Positions 48,307-59,563 of a stretch of DNA of 64,000 bases are shown piece after piece. The stretch comes from an uncultured Nitrososphaeraceae archaeon (GTDB lineage: Archaea > Thermoproteota > Nitrososphaeria > Nitrososphaerales > Nitrososphaeraceae). A program made the translations under genes and the position numbers. Below the pieces are notes generated by a model. It saw nothing but the letters and a program-made list of their open reading frames with translations, was not told the origin of the DNA and searched no databases. The stretch lies in the NCBI GenBank assembly GCA_963779615.1, contig CAVZZA010000005.1:320001-384000 (forward strand), given 5' to 3'. The stretch's first letter is position 1; every line of letters starts with the position of its first letter.

Positions 48307-49452
48307 ATTTTACAACGGACAAACCGTTTATTGTTATTATCCCCCTTACAGCGAATTTAACATGTTTTATCATAATATCTCAATAAAAAGGATATTCTTA
48401 AATTTTTCATAGAAAATACATATCAATAGCTAAAATTTTTTTAATTTATCTCTATGCCTTTCAGGAAATGACATAAGTGATAAAAAATAAAAAAAGGGAG
48501 GAGTATTTAAAAAGGTAGTTTATGGTTGAAGCCTTCTATACCATGCACAATAAAATCTAGGTCCAACAAGCCCAAAAAATTTCCCCTATAATCTCGACAC
48601 TACAGAAAAAATTGTGGCAGGATATATAAAAAATCTTTATCACTCCGCATTGCTACAGACAAAGGCAAAGAAAACCTATGCAATTTTACCGGGCATAAAA
48701 ACATAGAGCAGCAATATCGTGCTAAATCAACAACCACAACAACAATGACCATAACGGGTTTCATTCGAAGAAAAATTACAAAATACAGCAAACAAAAACT
48801 ATAATAGATTATTTTTTTGAGTAAAACAATACCTTACTGCAACATAGTCTCTTTTTATGAGAATAATTCTAACGCTTTCTTAATTTGAGGGGATTTGGTT
48901 CGACATGCATTAACACATGGTAATAATATCCTGATTAAACGAGTTCTGTTACTGTAGGTGATACTGACTGGAATGACACAGTGGGAAAAAAAGCTGGCGG
49001 ATTAGGTGATGAGGATCTTTGAAAGGCCCAAGAAATACATGGGGATATTGTTGCAACAAATCCCGATTCACCGGTAAAGCCGGATATTGTTCTTAAAAGT
49101 CTCTCGATTAAGCAAGGAATAACTGACACACCATTAGAGTGTCAGTTAATTTAGATGGCAATTACTTTTAATGGCTTACTGTAATAGGCTAGAATCGGTT
49201 TGAGACGGAATAACGATTGACGTGGGAACGAGCACCCTCAGAGCACCTATCGCGTGTTATGAAGTGGGCCTTAATTTTGCGACAGACGACATTTTTTTCC
49301 CTTGCAGCCTCAAAGTAGATAGACAAATGCTGTAAATACCGTGGCAGTCAGATTCTAAAGGTCCTGTGGTACACCGCGTTCATGGTGAACAACTGCAACC
49401 GGTTTATCCATTTTGGATTTTTTAGGCTAAATTTCAGATGGCATTCTTTTTT

Positions 49453-49917
49453 TTAAGTACCTTTATGCAAATACTCGGTATATCGTGGAGGCAGATAAAA
49501 TATCTTTTCAGGTTTTATTTTAAGAATAATCCTCTTTACATTAGGTGAATGAGAAGGATACCTTTCAGCATTAAGGTATCGTCTCGCAAGCTTATCGATG
49601 TGTTCATCAGCACCCTCAGTGGTCTGTTCAACTACCCTTCCCTTAATAGTTACCATACTATAAGGATTGGTTTCATCAACAATTGAGATTGACACTCTAG
49701 GATCTCTTGATACATTTTTTTGCTTTATGCGGTCCTTAGCGGTATTTACCAAAATCATGCCCTCATGGCCGTTTTCATTTTCTATTATATCTATCCACGT
49801 GGGTGTGACGTGTGGTGAACCATTTTTGTTTATAGTGCCCAAAAATGCAAAATTTTTTCCTCTAAAGAATTTAACTATTGGTTCTGTTAGTATATTATTA
49901 TTATTCTCCCTGCTCAT
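49453..49917 (-). CDS. PPOX-class F420-dependent oxidoreductase
   Basis: FAFLGTINKNGSPHVTPTW, KQKNVSRDPRVSISI, HIDKLARRY. Confidence 0.9.
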   Translation of the reverse strand: MSRENNNNILTEPIVKFFRGKNFAFLGTINKNGSPHVTPTWIDIIENENGHEGMILVNTAKDRIKQKNVSRDPRVSISIVDETNPYSMVTIKGRVVEQTTEGADEHIDKLARRYLNAERYPSHSPNVKRIILKIKPEKIFYLPPRYTEYLHKGT

Positions 49918-50319
49918 GTACTAATACAAAGTACTAATATTTTCTATTGTAGAAATAAACGTTTTTAGGCAAAACAGGTAGTTTCAAGATCATCATAAAA
50001 AATTGAGCCTTGATTCCTTCATAAATGGATTTTTTTCACCCCAACTTGGATAGTTGTGCGAACCCATCTTAAGCCTGATTTGAAAATTCTAAAAGTAAAA
50101 TATAGATACCTTCGTCAGGCCCATAAGTCAGATTTAGGCACTATCAAATTAACAATTTTTTCCCATCAAACATGTAAAATATCATACTAGAACATTGTTG
50201 GGGATTTTATCAAAATTTTTTATAATATTGGCGTTACTTGCTGAACCAAAGTCAATGAAACGTTTAATAAATATATTTTTTTAGCTAAAACTTTAGCAAA
50301 GATTCAAAATTTATACCTA

Positions 50320-50555
50320 AAGTTCTTTTTCTTTGAGGAAAGCCTCTGGTTTGTACTTTTGGATCCAGTTCCGGCTGGAAACACGGTTTCGTTTGGTAAA
50401 GTACGAGGACAGTATTTGCGAGTCCTTGTTAAAGACAGACCTGCAAAATAAAAACATAATCCATAGCCAATACGCACTGAAGGTGCCCTGTTTCTAGTAA
50501 TCACAATGGAGATAGGCATCTTCAAGCTACAGGATTTAGTTGAGTGAACAGAGCC
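50320..50555 (-). mobile_element. IS6-family 5' remnant
   Basis: Left TIR-like GGCTCTGTTCACTCAAC; RNRAP...YGLCFYFAGLS and out-of-frame NWIQKYKP. Confidence 0.7.
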
Positions 50556-50681
50556 CTAGAAACCGAGATACAACATACATATGATAGCATAGAATATTTC
50601 TAATTCTTAACCAGTTACCATAATTATGTTTTGAAGGAACTTAACTTCAAATCAAATATTTTATATAATGAGACTCACTTA

Positions 50682-50891
50682 ATGGTTTCAATGAATAAGG
50701 CACTTTTTATAGTTGGCTTTCTGGCAATAGCGTTTGCAGGCGCATTTATGATCAGCACCAGTGCTGTACAGGCAGACGAAAAATGTCCTAACAAAAGTAG
50801 CGGCGATACAGCATCAAACTCAAATCCAATTATTTCAACCTCCCTGAATGCTCCATCATCTTCACAATTAGCACCAGGTCAAACAGCATAG
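50682..50891 (+). CDS. small secreted protein
   Basis: Signal peptide ending VQA; short Ser-rich mature part. Confidence 0.7.
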   Translation: MVSMNKALFIVGFLAIAFAGAFMISTSAVQADEKCPNKSSGDTASNSNPIISTSLNAPSSSQLAPGQTA

Positions 50892-51237
50892 TCAACAACC
50901 TAACTTTTATTTTCAAAAGTTTTTCTTAAATAGATTAAGTCGTCTTCCCACTATGGCAAACCTATTTTCTATATTTTATTTCCATTGTAGCAGCACCATC
51001 AAGTTTTGGCCGCACCCGCATTCAATAACGCATAAGAACAAGCAAAACATTACCGCCAACATATCCTTTTTGAGCGGTGGATTTAAAACCAACATCACTA
51101 GAATGCATACTATAGCATTATAACGATTATGGTTATATCCAATAATGCCATAGCTTTCATGTCGAGGTAAAATTTAATTCGCTAATCAGCGTTCATCCTA
51201 TTTAAAAGCATATATAAAAGAAAAGGGAAGTAATACA

Positions 51238-51318
51238 ATGGGAATAATTAATAAAATAAAAGAAAAGTTAAAAAAGTCAAATAAAAAAGGTAACAAACAA
51301 GTGACAGAATCAAGGTAA
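51238..51318 (+). CDS. putative 26-aa Lys-rich micro-protein
   Basis: MGIINKIKEKLKKSNKKGNKQVTESR; TATATAAA ~20 nt upstream. Confidence 0.4.
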   Translation: MGIINKIKEKLKKSNKKGNKQVTESR

Positions 51319-51901
51319 CTTTATTGATTCTATTTAGAGGTATTTTATGAAACAATAACCTGTTTCTTATAATAAGATAATTTAAAGAACAGCAAATTTA
51401 AAAACACAGCTTGAGGGATAATAATTTGATCTTTTTTGACTATTTCATAAAGCCTGCCACTTTATCCCAATCTAAAATAATTTTAAGGACAAAGTTAAAA
51501 AATGTGTTTGTGTCATTGGTTTTTTCTGTTTGTTTTGCCTTGGTGCATTCGCAAGCAATAAAAAAAGAATCCAAACAGAAATACCACTATCAATTGAATT
51601 TAACGTCTTGCAAATACTCACCAATCACATCAAAAATATATCCATAGCTAGGGTAAATTCGTAGTGTGTGACATCAGAGGCCCCCATTAAAGCACCGAAA
51701 CCAACCGTGAAATTCGACAAAGGCGAAACCTGAAAAAAGTAGTTGGCACCACCAACAGCGCTGCAAAAACAATGGAAGGAGAAAAAGAAGAGATACAAGC
51801 CGCAGCCATCATCGTCATCAGATAAGCAATATTTTATCAGAACAGCACAAATGTTTAGGTCATTAGCAAAATGTATGACTAACCTCGTTCACTTAATTTT
51901 C

Positions 51902-53545
51902 ATGGTCGAGGGAGAACGACGACAAGGAGAAGAGGAAGAAAATGTTTCAGCAGCATCTGGTTTGAGCCCTTTTAAATACAGCATATACAGGACGCTGTGG
52001 ATTGCAGTCCTCTTTTCATATATTGGGGCAGCTATGTATGATGTCGGGGCGTCGTGGCTAATGACTTCGCTTGCCCCAAATCCTTTGTTGGTTTCTCTCA
52101 TCACAACATCAACTACTCTTCCAATTTTTCTCTTTGCACTGCCATCCGGGGCAATTTCTGACATTTTCGACCGGCGTAACATACTCATTATTACCTGTGC
52201 ATACATGTTTACAATATCCACGGTGTTAGGAATACTCACCCTTGCTGGTATTACTACCCCAGAGGTATTATTGATACTCACTTTTGCTCTGGGAGCAGGT
52301 CTAACTATGATTAGGACACCCATTATTCCTATTATGAGTGGGCTAGTTTCAAGATCAGAACTGCCTGCCGCACTAACCCTTAGTGCAGTTGCTAGTAGCA
52401 TCGGTCGCGTTATAGGCCCCACAGCTGGAGGCATTATTGTGGCAGCAATTGCACCCTGGGCGGTGTTTTTTCTTAATTCAGCTTCCTTTATTGGCATGAT
52501 TATAGTCCTAAGCAAAATGCCAAAAAAGTCAAGTGTCAGCGAACAAAGTGCTCTTCCACAAGAGAACATAATTGGAGCCATTCGGGCTCAGATTCGTTAT
52601 GTACGCTATTCCCGAGCAGCTCATGTGGTAATTGTTCGTTCGGGTTTGTTCGCAATATGTGGAAGTTCACTGTTATCTCTCTTGCCGCTTTTAGCTAAAC
52701 AGGAACTGGGACTTGACTCGATAGGGTTTGGATTGCTCCTAGGATCCTTTGGCATGGGTGCAATAATTAGCGGAATTGCAATATTACCAAAGTTGCGGCC
52801 TAGGGCTTCAGTGGAATCTCTCATCACAGGCTCTATTGGATTGCTCGCTGTTGTAATATTCACAATGGGATATGTCCAAAATTTCGGTATTCTTTGTATG
52901 GTTATGGGCATAGGAGGAGTAGCTTACACCACCATTTTATCAACGCTTTATACTACTGCAATGAAATCTGCACCAAAATGGATCGGAGCCAGAGTATTAG
53001 CAGTTTACCTGCTTATACTAAATGGTGGCTTTGCGGTTGGAAGTGTAGTATGGGGTACAACAGCTTATGTTTTAGGGATTCCAGTTACATTGTCAGTGTC
53101 ATCTGTTGCATTAGCAGCAACTATTATTGTTAGAAAGCGTTACGGGACAACTCTCTTAAATGATCTCAATTTTACCCCAGCAGGCAGTGACTATTGGTCG
53201 CTTCCTCCGCAGCTGTTAGCAAACCCTCTAAAAAGTGATGGACAGGCCCTGATAACAATCGAGTACAGAGTTGAACCTAAATTAACTGATGAGTTTGAGC
53301 AGACAATGCGTCAACTAGGGATTATTCTCAAAAGCGAGGGATTTGCTTATTGGGAATTATTTCAAGATCCGGCGGACAACAGTCGTTACATAGAGATAAG
53401 GATTGCCGAGACTTGGACTGAGCATATGCGTCAGCATGAACGCGTTACCAAGAACATCCAGATCATGGAAGACAAAATCCGAGCGCTTGTCAAAGAGGGA
53501 ACTCAACCAACAATTTCTCACTATATAGGAAAAACCACGATATAA
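51902..53545 (+). CDS. MFS transporter (MFS_3/DUF894 type) with C-terminal soluble domain
   Basis: About 12 TM segments, GAISDIFDRR, WTEHMRQHERVT tail; ORF track starts at 51743. Confidence 0.9.
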   Translation: MVEGERRQGEEEENVSAASGLSPFKYSIYRTLWIAVLFSYIGAAMYDVGASWLMTSLAPNPLLVSLITTSTTLPIFLFALPSGAISDIFDRRNILIITCAYMFTISTVLGILTLAGITTPEVLLILTFALGAGLTMIRTPIIPIMSGLVSRSELPAALTLSAVASSIGRVIGPTAGGIIVAAIAPWAVFFLNSASFIGMIIVLSKMPKKSSVSEQSALPQENIIGAIRAQIRYVRYSRAAHVVIVRSGLFAICGSSLLSLLPLLAKQELGLDSIGFGLLLGSFGMGAIISGIAILPKLRPRASVESLITGSIGLLAVVIFTMGYVQNFGILCMVMGIGGVAYTTILSTLYTTAMKSAPKWIGARVLAVYLLILNGGFAVGSVVWGTTAYVLGIPVTLSVSSVALAATIIVRKRYGTTLLNDLNFTPAGSDYWSLPPQLLANPLKSDGQALITIEYRVEPKLTDEFEQTMRQLGIILKSEGFAYWELFQDPADNSRYIEIRIAETWTEHMRQHERVTKNIQIMEDKIRALVKEGTQPTISHYIGKTTI

Positions 53546-54151
53546 AGATGGCAGAAAAATTGCGCAATCAGAGCCTTAGCAGTGATCAGATGTCACAAGA
53601 ATTGAAAGCAAGCCATTAAGCATACACAAAAGAGAAATTTTGCCTTGATAAACTTGCCTTGGATATTGTCAAACATTCTAAAAACAGATAAGTGAAAACA
53701 AAAACATACCGATCAAAAGGAACAATACTCCCAATGCCGATATTATCATAGATACGGATGTAAGCAGAATTCATCAAGTTCTCTCCAATTTGATTAATAG
53801 TTCAATCAAATTTATCAAAAAAGAGGGAACCACACCTGTCGATGCAAGTTAAAAAGAAAAACGATTAGCGGCAGCAAAGGTGTAATTGTTGTCAGTTTCA
53901 CCGCGACTGGCATAGGAATTGATGTTGAAATAACCGAGATTATTTAATAAAGTCATTACAAATTCCTTTCAAGGAACAGGATTGGAGGTATTTTTATCTC
54001 GAGAGGTATTTTTGCATCTCATGGCGGAAACGTGGGCTGAAAACAATAAGGATGGCATAGGAACAACACTCTCGTTTAGTTTGCCTTTAAAAGCATAATA
54101 TAAATTTCCATAGCAGTTAAAAATCTCTTATCCTCTTGCCGCAAGTGGTTG

Positions 54152-54574
54152 CTATGTGCCTACCTGTTTGTCTTCTCGTTCCTGGTGCTCAAGTGACGCG
54201 GAATTAATGCAATACCTCAAGCCAGTGGGCTTTGGCCCATCTTCAAACACATGACCAAGGTGTGCACCACACCTGTTGCAGTTGGCCTCAACACGCCTCA
54301 TAAAATAACTGTTGTCTGCCTCTTCTTTGATGTTTTCGTCTCTTATCGGGGCATAGAAACTTGGCCATCCGGTGCCAGAGTCAAACTTTGCGTTAGAGCT
54401 AAACAAATCGTTTCCGCAGACCACGCACCTGTAGACCCCGGGCTTTTTGTAGTCATTGTACTTGCCGGTGAAAGCCATCTCGGTGCCTTTGTTGACACAC
54501 ACCTCGTACTGCTCGGGGGTAAGCTTTTGCTTTAGTTCCTCTTTGGATATTTTTGGATGATCTTCAGAAGTCAT
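54152..54574 (-). CDS. msrB: peptide-methionine (R)-S-oxide reductase
   Basis: [30 protein letters not shown], two CxxC. Confidence 0.95.
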   Translation of the reverse strand: MTSEDHPKISKEELKQKLTPEQYEVCVNKGTEMAFTGKYNDYKKPGVYRCVVCGNDLFSSNAKFDSGTGWPSFYAPIRDENIKEEADNSYFMRRVEANCNRCGAHLGHVFEDGPKPTGLRYCINSASLEHQEREDKQVGT

Positions 54575-54639
54575 GCCACTATAGACTACGCAAAAACAAA
54601 TTATAAGTTTACTTGTGTCATCAGGGCCACCCATCGTTG

Positions 54640-55139
54640 CAAAAAATGTATCGTGTTGGAGGTTTTAGACGCCCTGCCGTCATCTGTTTTTACAATGCGT
54701 GCAACAGGATCCTTCAGTAATAACAATCCTAACCTACGATCATTTGCTGGTTTCACAGGTGGAGCCAATGGCATTGTAAATTTATGTACCTGCAATGTCA
54801 CTGAGGATTTTTCAACTGATTCACCTGCACAATAAAACCAGTACAGCACTTTGGTGAAGATTGCGGAAGCAGCAGTATAAACACAGATGGGGAAAACAAA
54901 AAATGCATTGCATTAAACGAATATGAACCAAAGCAGCATATGTCTTTCTAAAGAAATGGGGATCTTTGCAACTTGTAATGGACAGTAATACTCTATGAGG
55001 TATTGCAGTAAATCCAACTTCTGGTCAAGTCATTGTAGATGACAGAGGCAATAACATCACCATTAGTTGTGGGGATAACCACCCGACGACAATGCAGTCA
55101 GATGCCTTAAAGGTAAAAGTTCACTCAAAAGGCTCCTAA
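54640..55139 (+). pseudogene. decayed secreted/NHL-repeat gene remnant
   Basis: Fragments FLKKWGS...GIAVNPTSGQVIVDDRGNN; many stops; boundaries approximate. Confidence 0.35.
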
Positions 55140-55374
55140 CATCTGCTCTCAATCCGCTCTTTGCCAACAATATAGCACAGGGGTTTTATTTGTTTATTTT
55201 ATACCCCAAACTTGTGGAGGAAAAAAGTTTCCATGTTCCTGGTAACGTGTGTGCTATTCTATTTTGTTTTGTTTTATTTTCCAGCAAACGTGCAAAGTCA
55301 CTGGTCAAAATAAGGTTATGACCAAGGATCATAATAATATATCAAAAAAGGTCAATAACAGACGGTAACAACTC

Positions 55375-56874
55375 TTGGACGAAAATTTTAAGTTGAAAGG
55401 CAAAAGATACAAAGCGTTTCCTCCCGGACCTGTTCAGACAACTCCATACAGTTTGGCTTTAAAATTCATATCTAATCCTTTACCAATACTTGTCGAAATT
55501 GTCAACAAATATGGTGACATTTCACACTTTAAGTTTGGACCAAGACTACACGTTTATTTGATAAACAATCCTTACTGTATTGAAGACATACTGGTAAAGC
55601 ATAGCAGTAGTTTCATTAAAAGCCCAGGGCTACGCTTGGCTAAACGCGTACTTGGGAATGGATTGATAACAAGTGAAGGAGAAATGCATGATGTTCAAAG
55701 AAGAATCGTTCAGCCAGCTTTCAATAGAGATAAAATAAACCCATATGGAAAAATCATTTTAGAGCATTGCTTTGAATACATAGATAGCCACTGGAAAGAT
55801 GGAATGATATTAAACATCCATAAAGAGATGACCAAACTATCACTTTCCATAATCAGCAAGATACTTTTTGGCAGCAATTCACTCACAATATCAGATATTG
55901 ATAAAATAAGCAATTCCATCACTGCAATTATTGAATACATAAACAAACTGCGGATACCGTTCCTAAGGTTTATCCACATACTGCCATTGCCATCCACCAT
56001 AAAATACAGGCAAGCGTTGAGGGGACTAGACAGTGTTATCTATGACAAAATTATTGAGCGAAGAAAAACAATAGAGGGCATGTCAAGGAGCATCGGCAAT
56101 CCCCCATCAGAAAAGGTGAATGAACCATTCAAACAGAGTTATGCGGACATGCTTTCAATTCTGATTGAATCAACAGACGATAAAAACATAGAGGGCAAAA
56201 AATACGCACCAACAAATGAAACAGCATTAAAGATGACCAACAAGCAGCTGAGGGATGAAGTAATGACAATATTTTTGGCAGGCCATGAGACCACTGCCAA
56301 TGCCCTAACTTGGGCATTCTTTCTTGTATCCCAGCATCCAGAAGTTGAATCCAAAATCATGGATGAAATTGCTTCAGTGGTTGGAACAGAGAAAAACAAC
56401 CATAAAAAAATCACGTTTGAGGATGTGCCAAAACTAAAGTACACAGAAAAGGTTTTAATGGAATCCATGCGCCTTTATCCGCCATCATGGGCCATAGGCC
56501 GACAGGCCATAAAAGACTATGAAATTGATAACAGGTATGTTATACCGTCAGGATCAGTCATAATTATGAGCCAATATCTTATGCACCGTGATGCCCGCTA
56601 CTTTTCACAACCTGAGCGATTTTATCCAGAGAGATGGTCTCCAGAATTTAGAGCATCAATTCCCCGGTTTAGCTACTTTCCTTTTGGAGGGGGTTCCCGG
56701 TCATGCATAGGAGAGCCATTAGCGTGGATTGAGGGAGTGATCATACTGGCCACGATTCTCAAAAAATGGAGTGTTACACTCGAGGAAGACGCACAAAACA
56801 TTAAACTTCAGCCTTTGGTTACGCTCCGCCCCAAATGTGGCATAAGGATGAAATTACGCAAGAGACAGCATTAA
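55375..56874 (+). CDS. cytochrome P450
   Basis: AGHETT I-helix, ESMR (ExxR), [14 protein letters not shown] heme ligand. Confidence 0.96.
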   Translation: MDENFKLKGKRYKAFPPGPVQTTPYSLALKFISNPLPILVEIVNKYGDISHFKFGPRLHVYLINNPYCIEDILVKHSSSFIKSPGLRLAKRVLGNGLITSEGEMHDVQRRIVQPAFNRDKINPYGKIILEHCFEYIDSHWKDGMILNIHKEMTKLSLSIISKILFGSNSLTISDIDKISNSITAIIEYINKLRIPFLRFIHILPLPSTIKYRQALRGLDSVIYDKIIERRKTIEGMSRSIGNPPSEKVNEPFKQSYADMLSILIESTDDKNIEGKKYAPTNETALKMTNKQLRDEVMTIFLAGHETTANALTWAFFLVSQHPEVESKIMDEIASVVGTEKNNHKKITFEDVPKLKYTEKVLMESMRLYPPSWAIGRQAIKDYEIDNRYVIPSGSVIIMSQYLMHRDARYFSQPERFYPERWSPEFRASIPRFSYFPFGGGSRSCIGEPLAWIEGVIILATILKKWSVTLEEDAQNIKLQPLVTLRPKCGIRMKLRKRQH

Positions 56875-57116
56875 TCGCATAATGCAACACATAAGGCATT
56901 TTATAATCGGTTAGTTGTCACAACCTGAAGGAAATTCAACAATACTTCCATCATAAACGATCGTTTGCGAAGGGATTCATTGGGTTGGGGCTGTTAACAG
57001 TATTCTTGAATGGATACCATATAAACATAAATTACATTTAAAAAAGGTTGAGTAATTTATAGTTTAAAAACAGTTGCAACTACAGAAAATAAAGAGGCGG
57101 CAGTGCCTTTACGGAT

Positions 57117-57566
57117 TTATATAAAAAATTTGACCTCCAGGGTATCAAAGTCTGTCCAAATGTTGTACCCTGTGAACACAAACACGTGAAAATGCAGGTG
57201 TGGGACATATGTGTAGCCTGTCATGCCAACCCTGGCTATCATTTGGCCTGCGCGCACCTGTTGGCCCACCCTTACCCTTGCGCTGCCGTATTCAAGGTGG
57301 TCGTATCGCGAGTGTTCTCCGTTTGGGTGCACAATTGTGATAAAGTTGGTGTAACTCCAATAGGATGGACTAGGACCCCCAACATTGCAGTCATCCTGGA
57401 CAAAGGCCACCACCCCATCTGCCGCGGCAAGTACAGGGGTGTTTTGTGGAGCAATCAGGTCAACTGCATTCCTTAGGCTGCCAAAATGCAATGGAGAGGA
57501 GGTCCTGTCTATCCTTAGCAGAAGGTCCTTTGGCACCGGTATTGCATAATTGTTTAAGGTAATCAC
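57117..57566 (-). CDS. M23 family metallopeptidase
   Basis: AVDL, TPVLAAADG, YDHL, GQ.IARVG.TG...PHLHF. Confidence 0.88.
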   Translation of the reverse strand: MITLNNYAIPVPKDLLLRIDRTSSPLHFGSLRNAVDLIAPQNTPVLAAADGVVAFVQDDCNVGGPSPSYWSYTNFITIVHPNGEHSRYDHLEYGSARVRVGQQVRAGQMIARVGMTGYTYVPHLHFHVFVFTGYNIWTDFDTLEVKFFI

Positions 57567-57666
57567 TAAAAATATACGCCGCCTTTTGCACTAGTTTGGT
57601 TTGTCAACAAGCCACCATAAAGGTAATGGGCAATGATTGGCTGAACCTTTTTGGGGTTCTGGCTAT

Positions 57667-58305
57667 TTATTGCTTTTTTGCTGTTGTTGTTGTACTGTAG
57701 TCTGTAGATGAGGAGGAGGTAGGGGTAGAGGTGGACACACTGACGTTAGAGTTTGCTGCTGCTGCGTCTTTGGCTGCTGCTGTCAGTTGTCTTGAGTTTT
57801 GCTCAAATGTTTTTGCGGTGTTTACGCCCATGTTTGACAGGTGCTTTGAGTTGTCCTTTGCCTGTTGCATCACTGATTTCCATGAGTCCAGGTTTGAGAA
57901 TATCATGTTGTTTGTGAGTCTGATTGCTGACACTGTGTTGTCTGCTACACTGCTAACAAACCTTGCGTATGCCTTGGTTGCTGCGTCAGGGGTTGCGAAC
58001 CTTGTTACTAGCCCGTTAAAGCTTTCGCTGTATGGGGCCCATGCTGATTGGAGTGAGCTGATTATTTCCTTTTGTGAGTCAATGTACTCCTCTGAAACCT
58101 CTTTTGCGGTTTGGAGTGACTGCTCCTGGTAGCTGTTAACGATGTTGTTGATTCGTGGAATCTGGTTTTTTGACTCGTCTATGGATTTTCTGATGTTGTC
58201 CTTTGCCTCGTCAAGTGACCTGTTGACTGACTCTTTGAAATCATTGTTATTGTTGTTATTGTTATATGAGTAACTTTCTTGTGTTTCTATTTTCTTTGAC
58301 ATCAC
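57667..58305 (-). CDS. amphipathic helical protein (phasin/apolipoprotein-like)
   Basis: VNRSLDEAKDNIRKSIDE..., YIDSQKEII..LQSAW; intact paralogue of 39598-40279; family label is inference. Confidence 0.75.
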   Translation of the reverse strand: MMSKKIETQESYSYNNNNNNNDFKESVNRSLDEAKDNIRKSIDESKNQIPRINNIVNSYQEQSLQTAKEVSEEYIDSQKEIISSLQSAWAPYSESFNGLVTRFATPDAATKAYARFVSSVADNTVSAIRLTNNMIFSNLDSWKSVMQQAKDNSKHLSNMGVNTAKTFEQNSRQLTAAAKDAAAANSNVSVSTSTPTSSSSTDYSTTTTAKKQ

Positions 58306-59234
58306 TATCTGTTGGTTGGCATCCTATATAAAGACTGGTATCAAACGGTTTTTAATGCCAATAATTTACAGAACAGTGGCCAACCTCATGTGTATAGATG
58401 GTGGCAGCACCGTAACCTTGACCATCTGTCTTCGCGGCCATCGCACCGTCGATGTTGTGCATTGCAAAAAGACCAGTCTTACAACCACAACTCCTTATAT
58501 GCGTACTTGCCATAGATATATTATGGGTAATTACTCGGGCATTAGTGTATTAAAGTACACAACTTCCTTCCATACTTATATATAAACATTTGGTAGTGTG
58601 GGGTTCTCCTTTATTTTGAAAGGTGTACCGTGCCGCATAGAGGCATTTCCTGCCTTTGACGCCCACAACGGCTACGTGGCAACCCCAAAGCGAATACCCT
58701 ACCCTGGGTGCAAGTAAAAGGTGCCTGCTCGCGTGGAAGAGTGGGGATTCTGGACAATCCACTTTTGTTTTGGCGACCGATGTTCATGCTTGGCGGGTGC
58801 CGCACGCCGCGCGGTCATCCACAATCCAAGAGTGGGCATCAGGAAATATCGTCATGCGCATGCATGTGGAGAGGAGGTCATGGTGACGGCGTACATGAAA
58901 CAGGATGAGCTGAATTTCATGCTGTTAGCAACAAATTGCTGAAGGGAGGCAGCAGCAGCAGCGCGCTGCTCCATCATGTTTTTCAGTGGCTAAAGGAGAG
59001 CACAAGGCTATTCCGGATATCCTGTCAAGTCTCTGGGCAGCCCATTTTGTAGCCTTCTGGCGTGTCAGCAATGGTCAGACAATGAGAATTCCGATGTCGC
59101 TATCCGCCAACTTGTTTCTTTGCCTTCTTCTCTATGTGTTTGTGATGGTTGTTGTTAACTCCAGGCAATTCTCTGTCTCCTTCATTCCCTTCAAGGGTCA
59201 TTGGAAATGAATAATTATTGAACCCAATGAATAA

Positions 59235-59252
59235 CGGGTCCGGAGGGCTTCG
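59235..59252 (-). other. tRNA 3'-end-like fragment, possible att site
   Basis: Minus strand CGAAG-CCCTC-CGGACCC-G fits T-loop end, T-stem, acceptor strand and discriminator; no 5' half nearby. Confidence 0.45.
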
Positions 59253-59563
59253 TGTCGATATCGGCCCTCTAAAGTAGATTCTAATCTTTGGAACTGTTAA
59301 GGATTTAAGGTTTTCAATTCATAAATAATTGCAAAACCCTTTCTATCCGGATTCTGCCAATTTCAATTTCTTTGTGATTGTCTTTTGAAACTATTGCCAT
59401 GTGTTATTTTTTCAGATATGGGACATGGTCAGAGTTTTGCCTTGTTTCTTTTTTTTGATAGTAATTCTTCTTTTTAAATGAAATCATCTGACTTTAGAAA
59501 ATGGGGAATATTTTGTTGTTGTATTTGGTTTCGTAATACCCTTCTTTTATTCTAAAATCATTA

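Noticed and set aside
48940-49110. Fragment DWNDTVGKKAGGLGDEDL resembling a small thaumarchaeal protein family
   Set aside because: Short, with an internal stop and no start; too weak to call beyond a possible relic
59235-59360. Complete intron-containing tRNA gene
   Set aside because: No 5' acceptor strand, D-arm or anticodon arm is visible upstream
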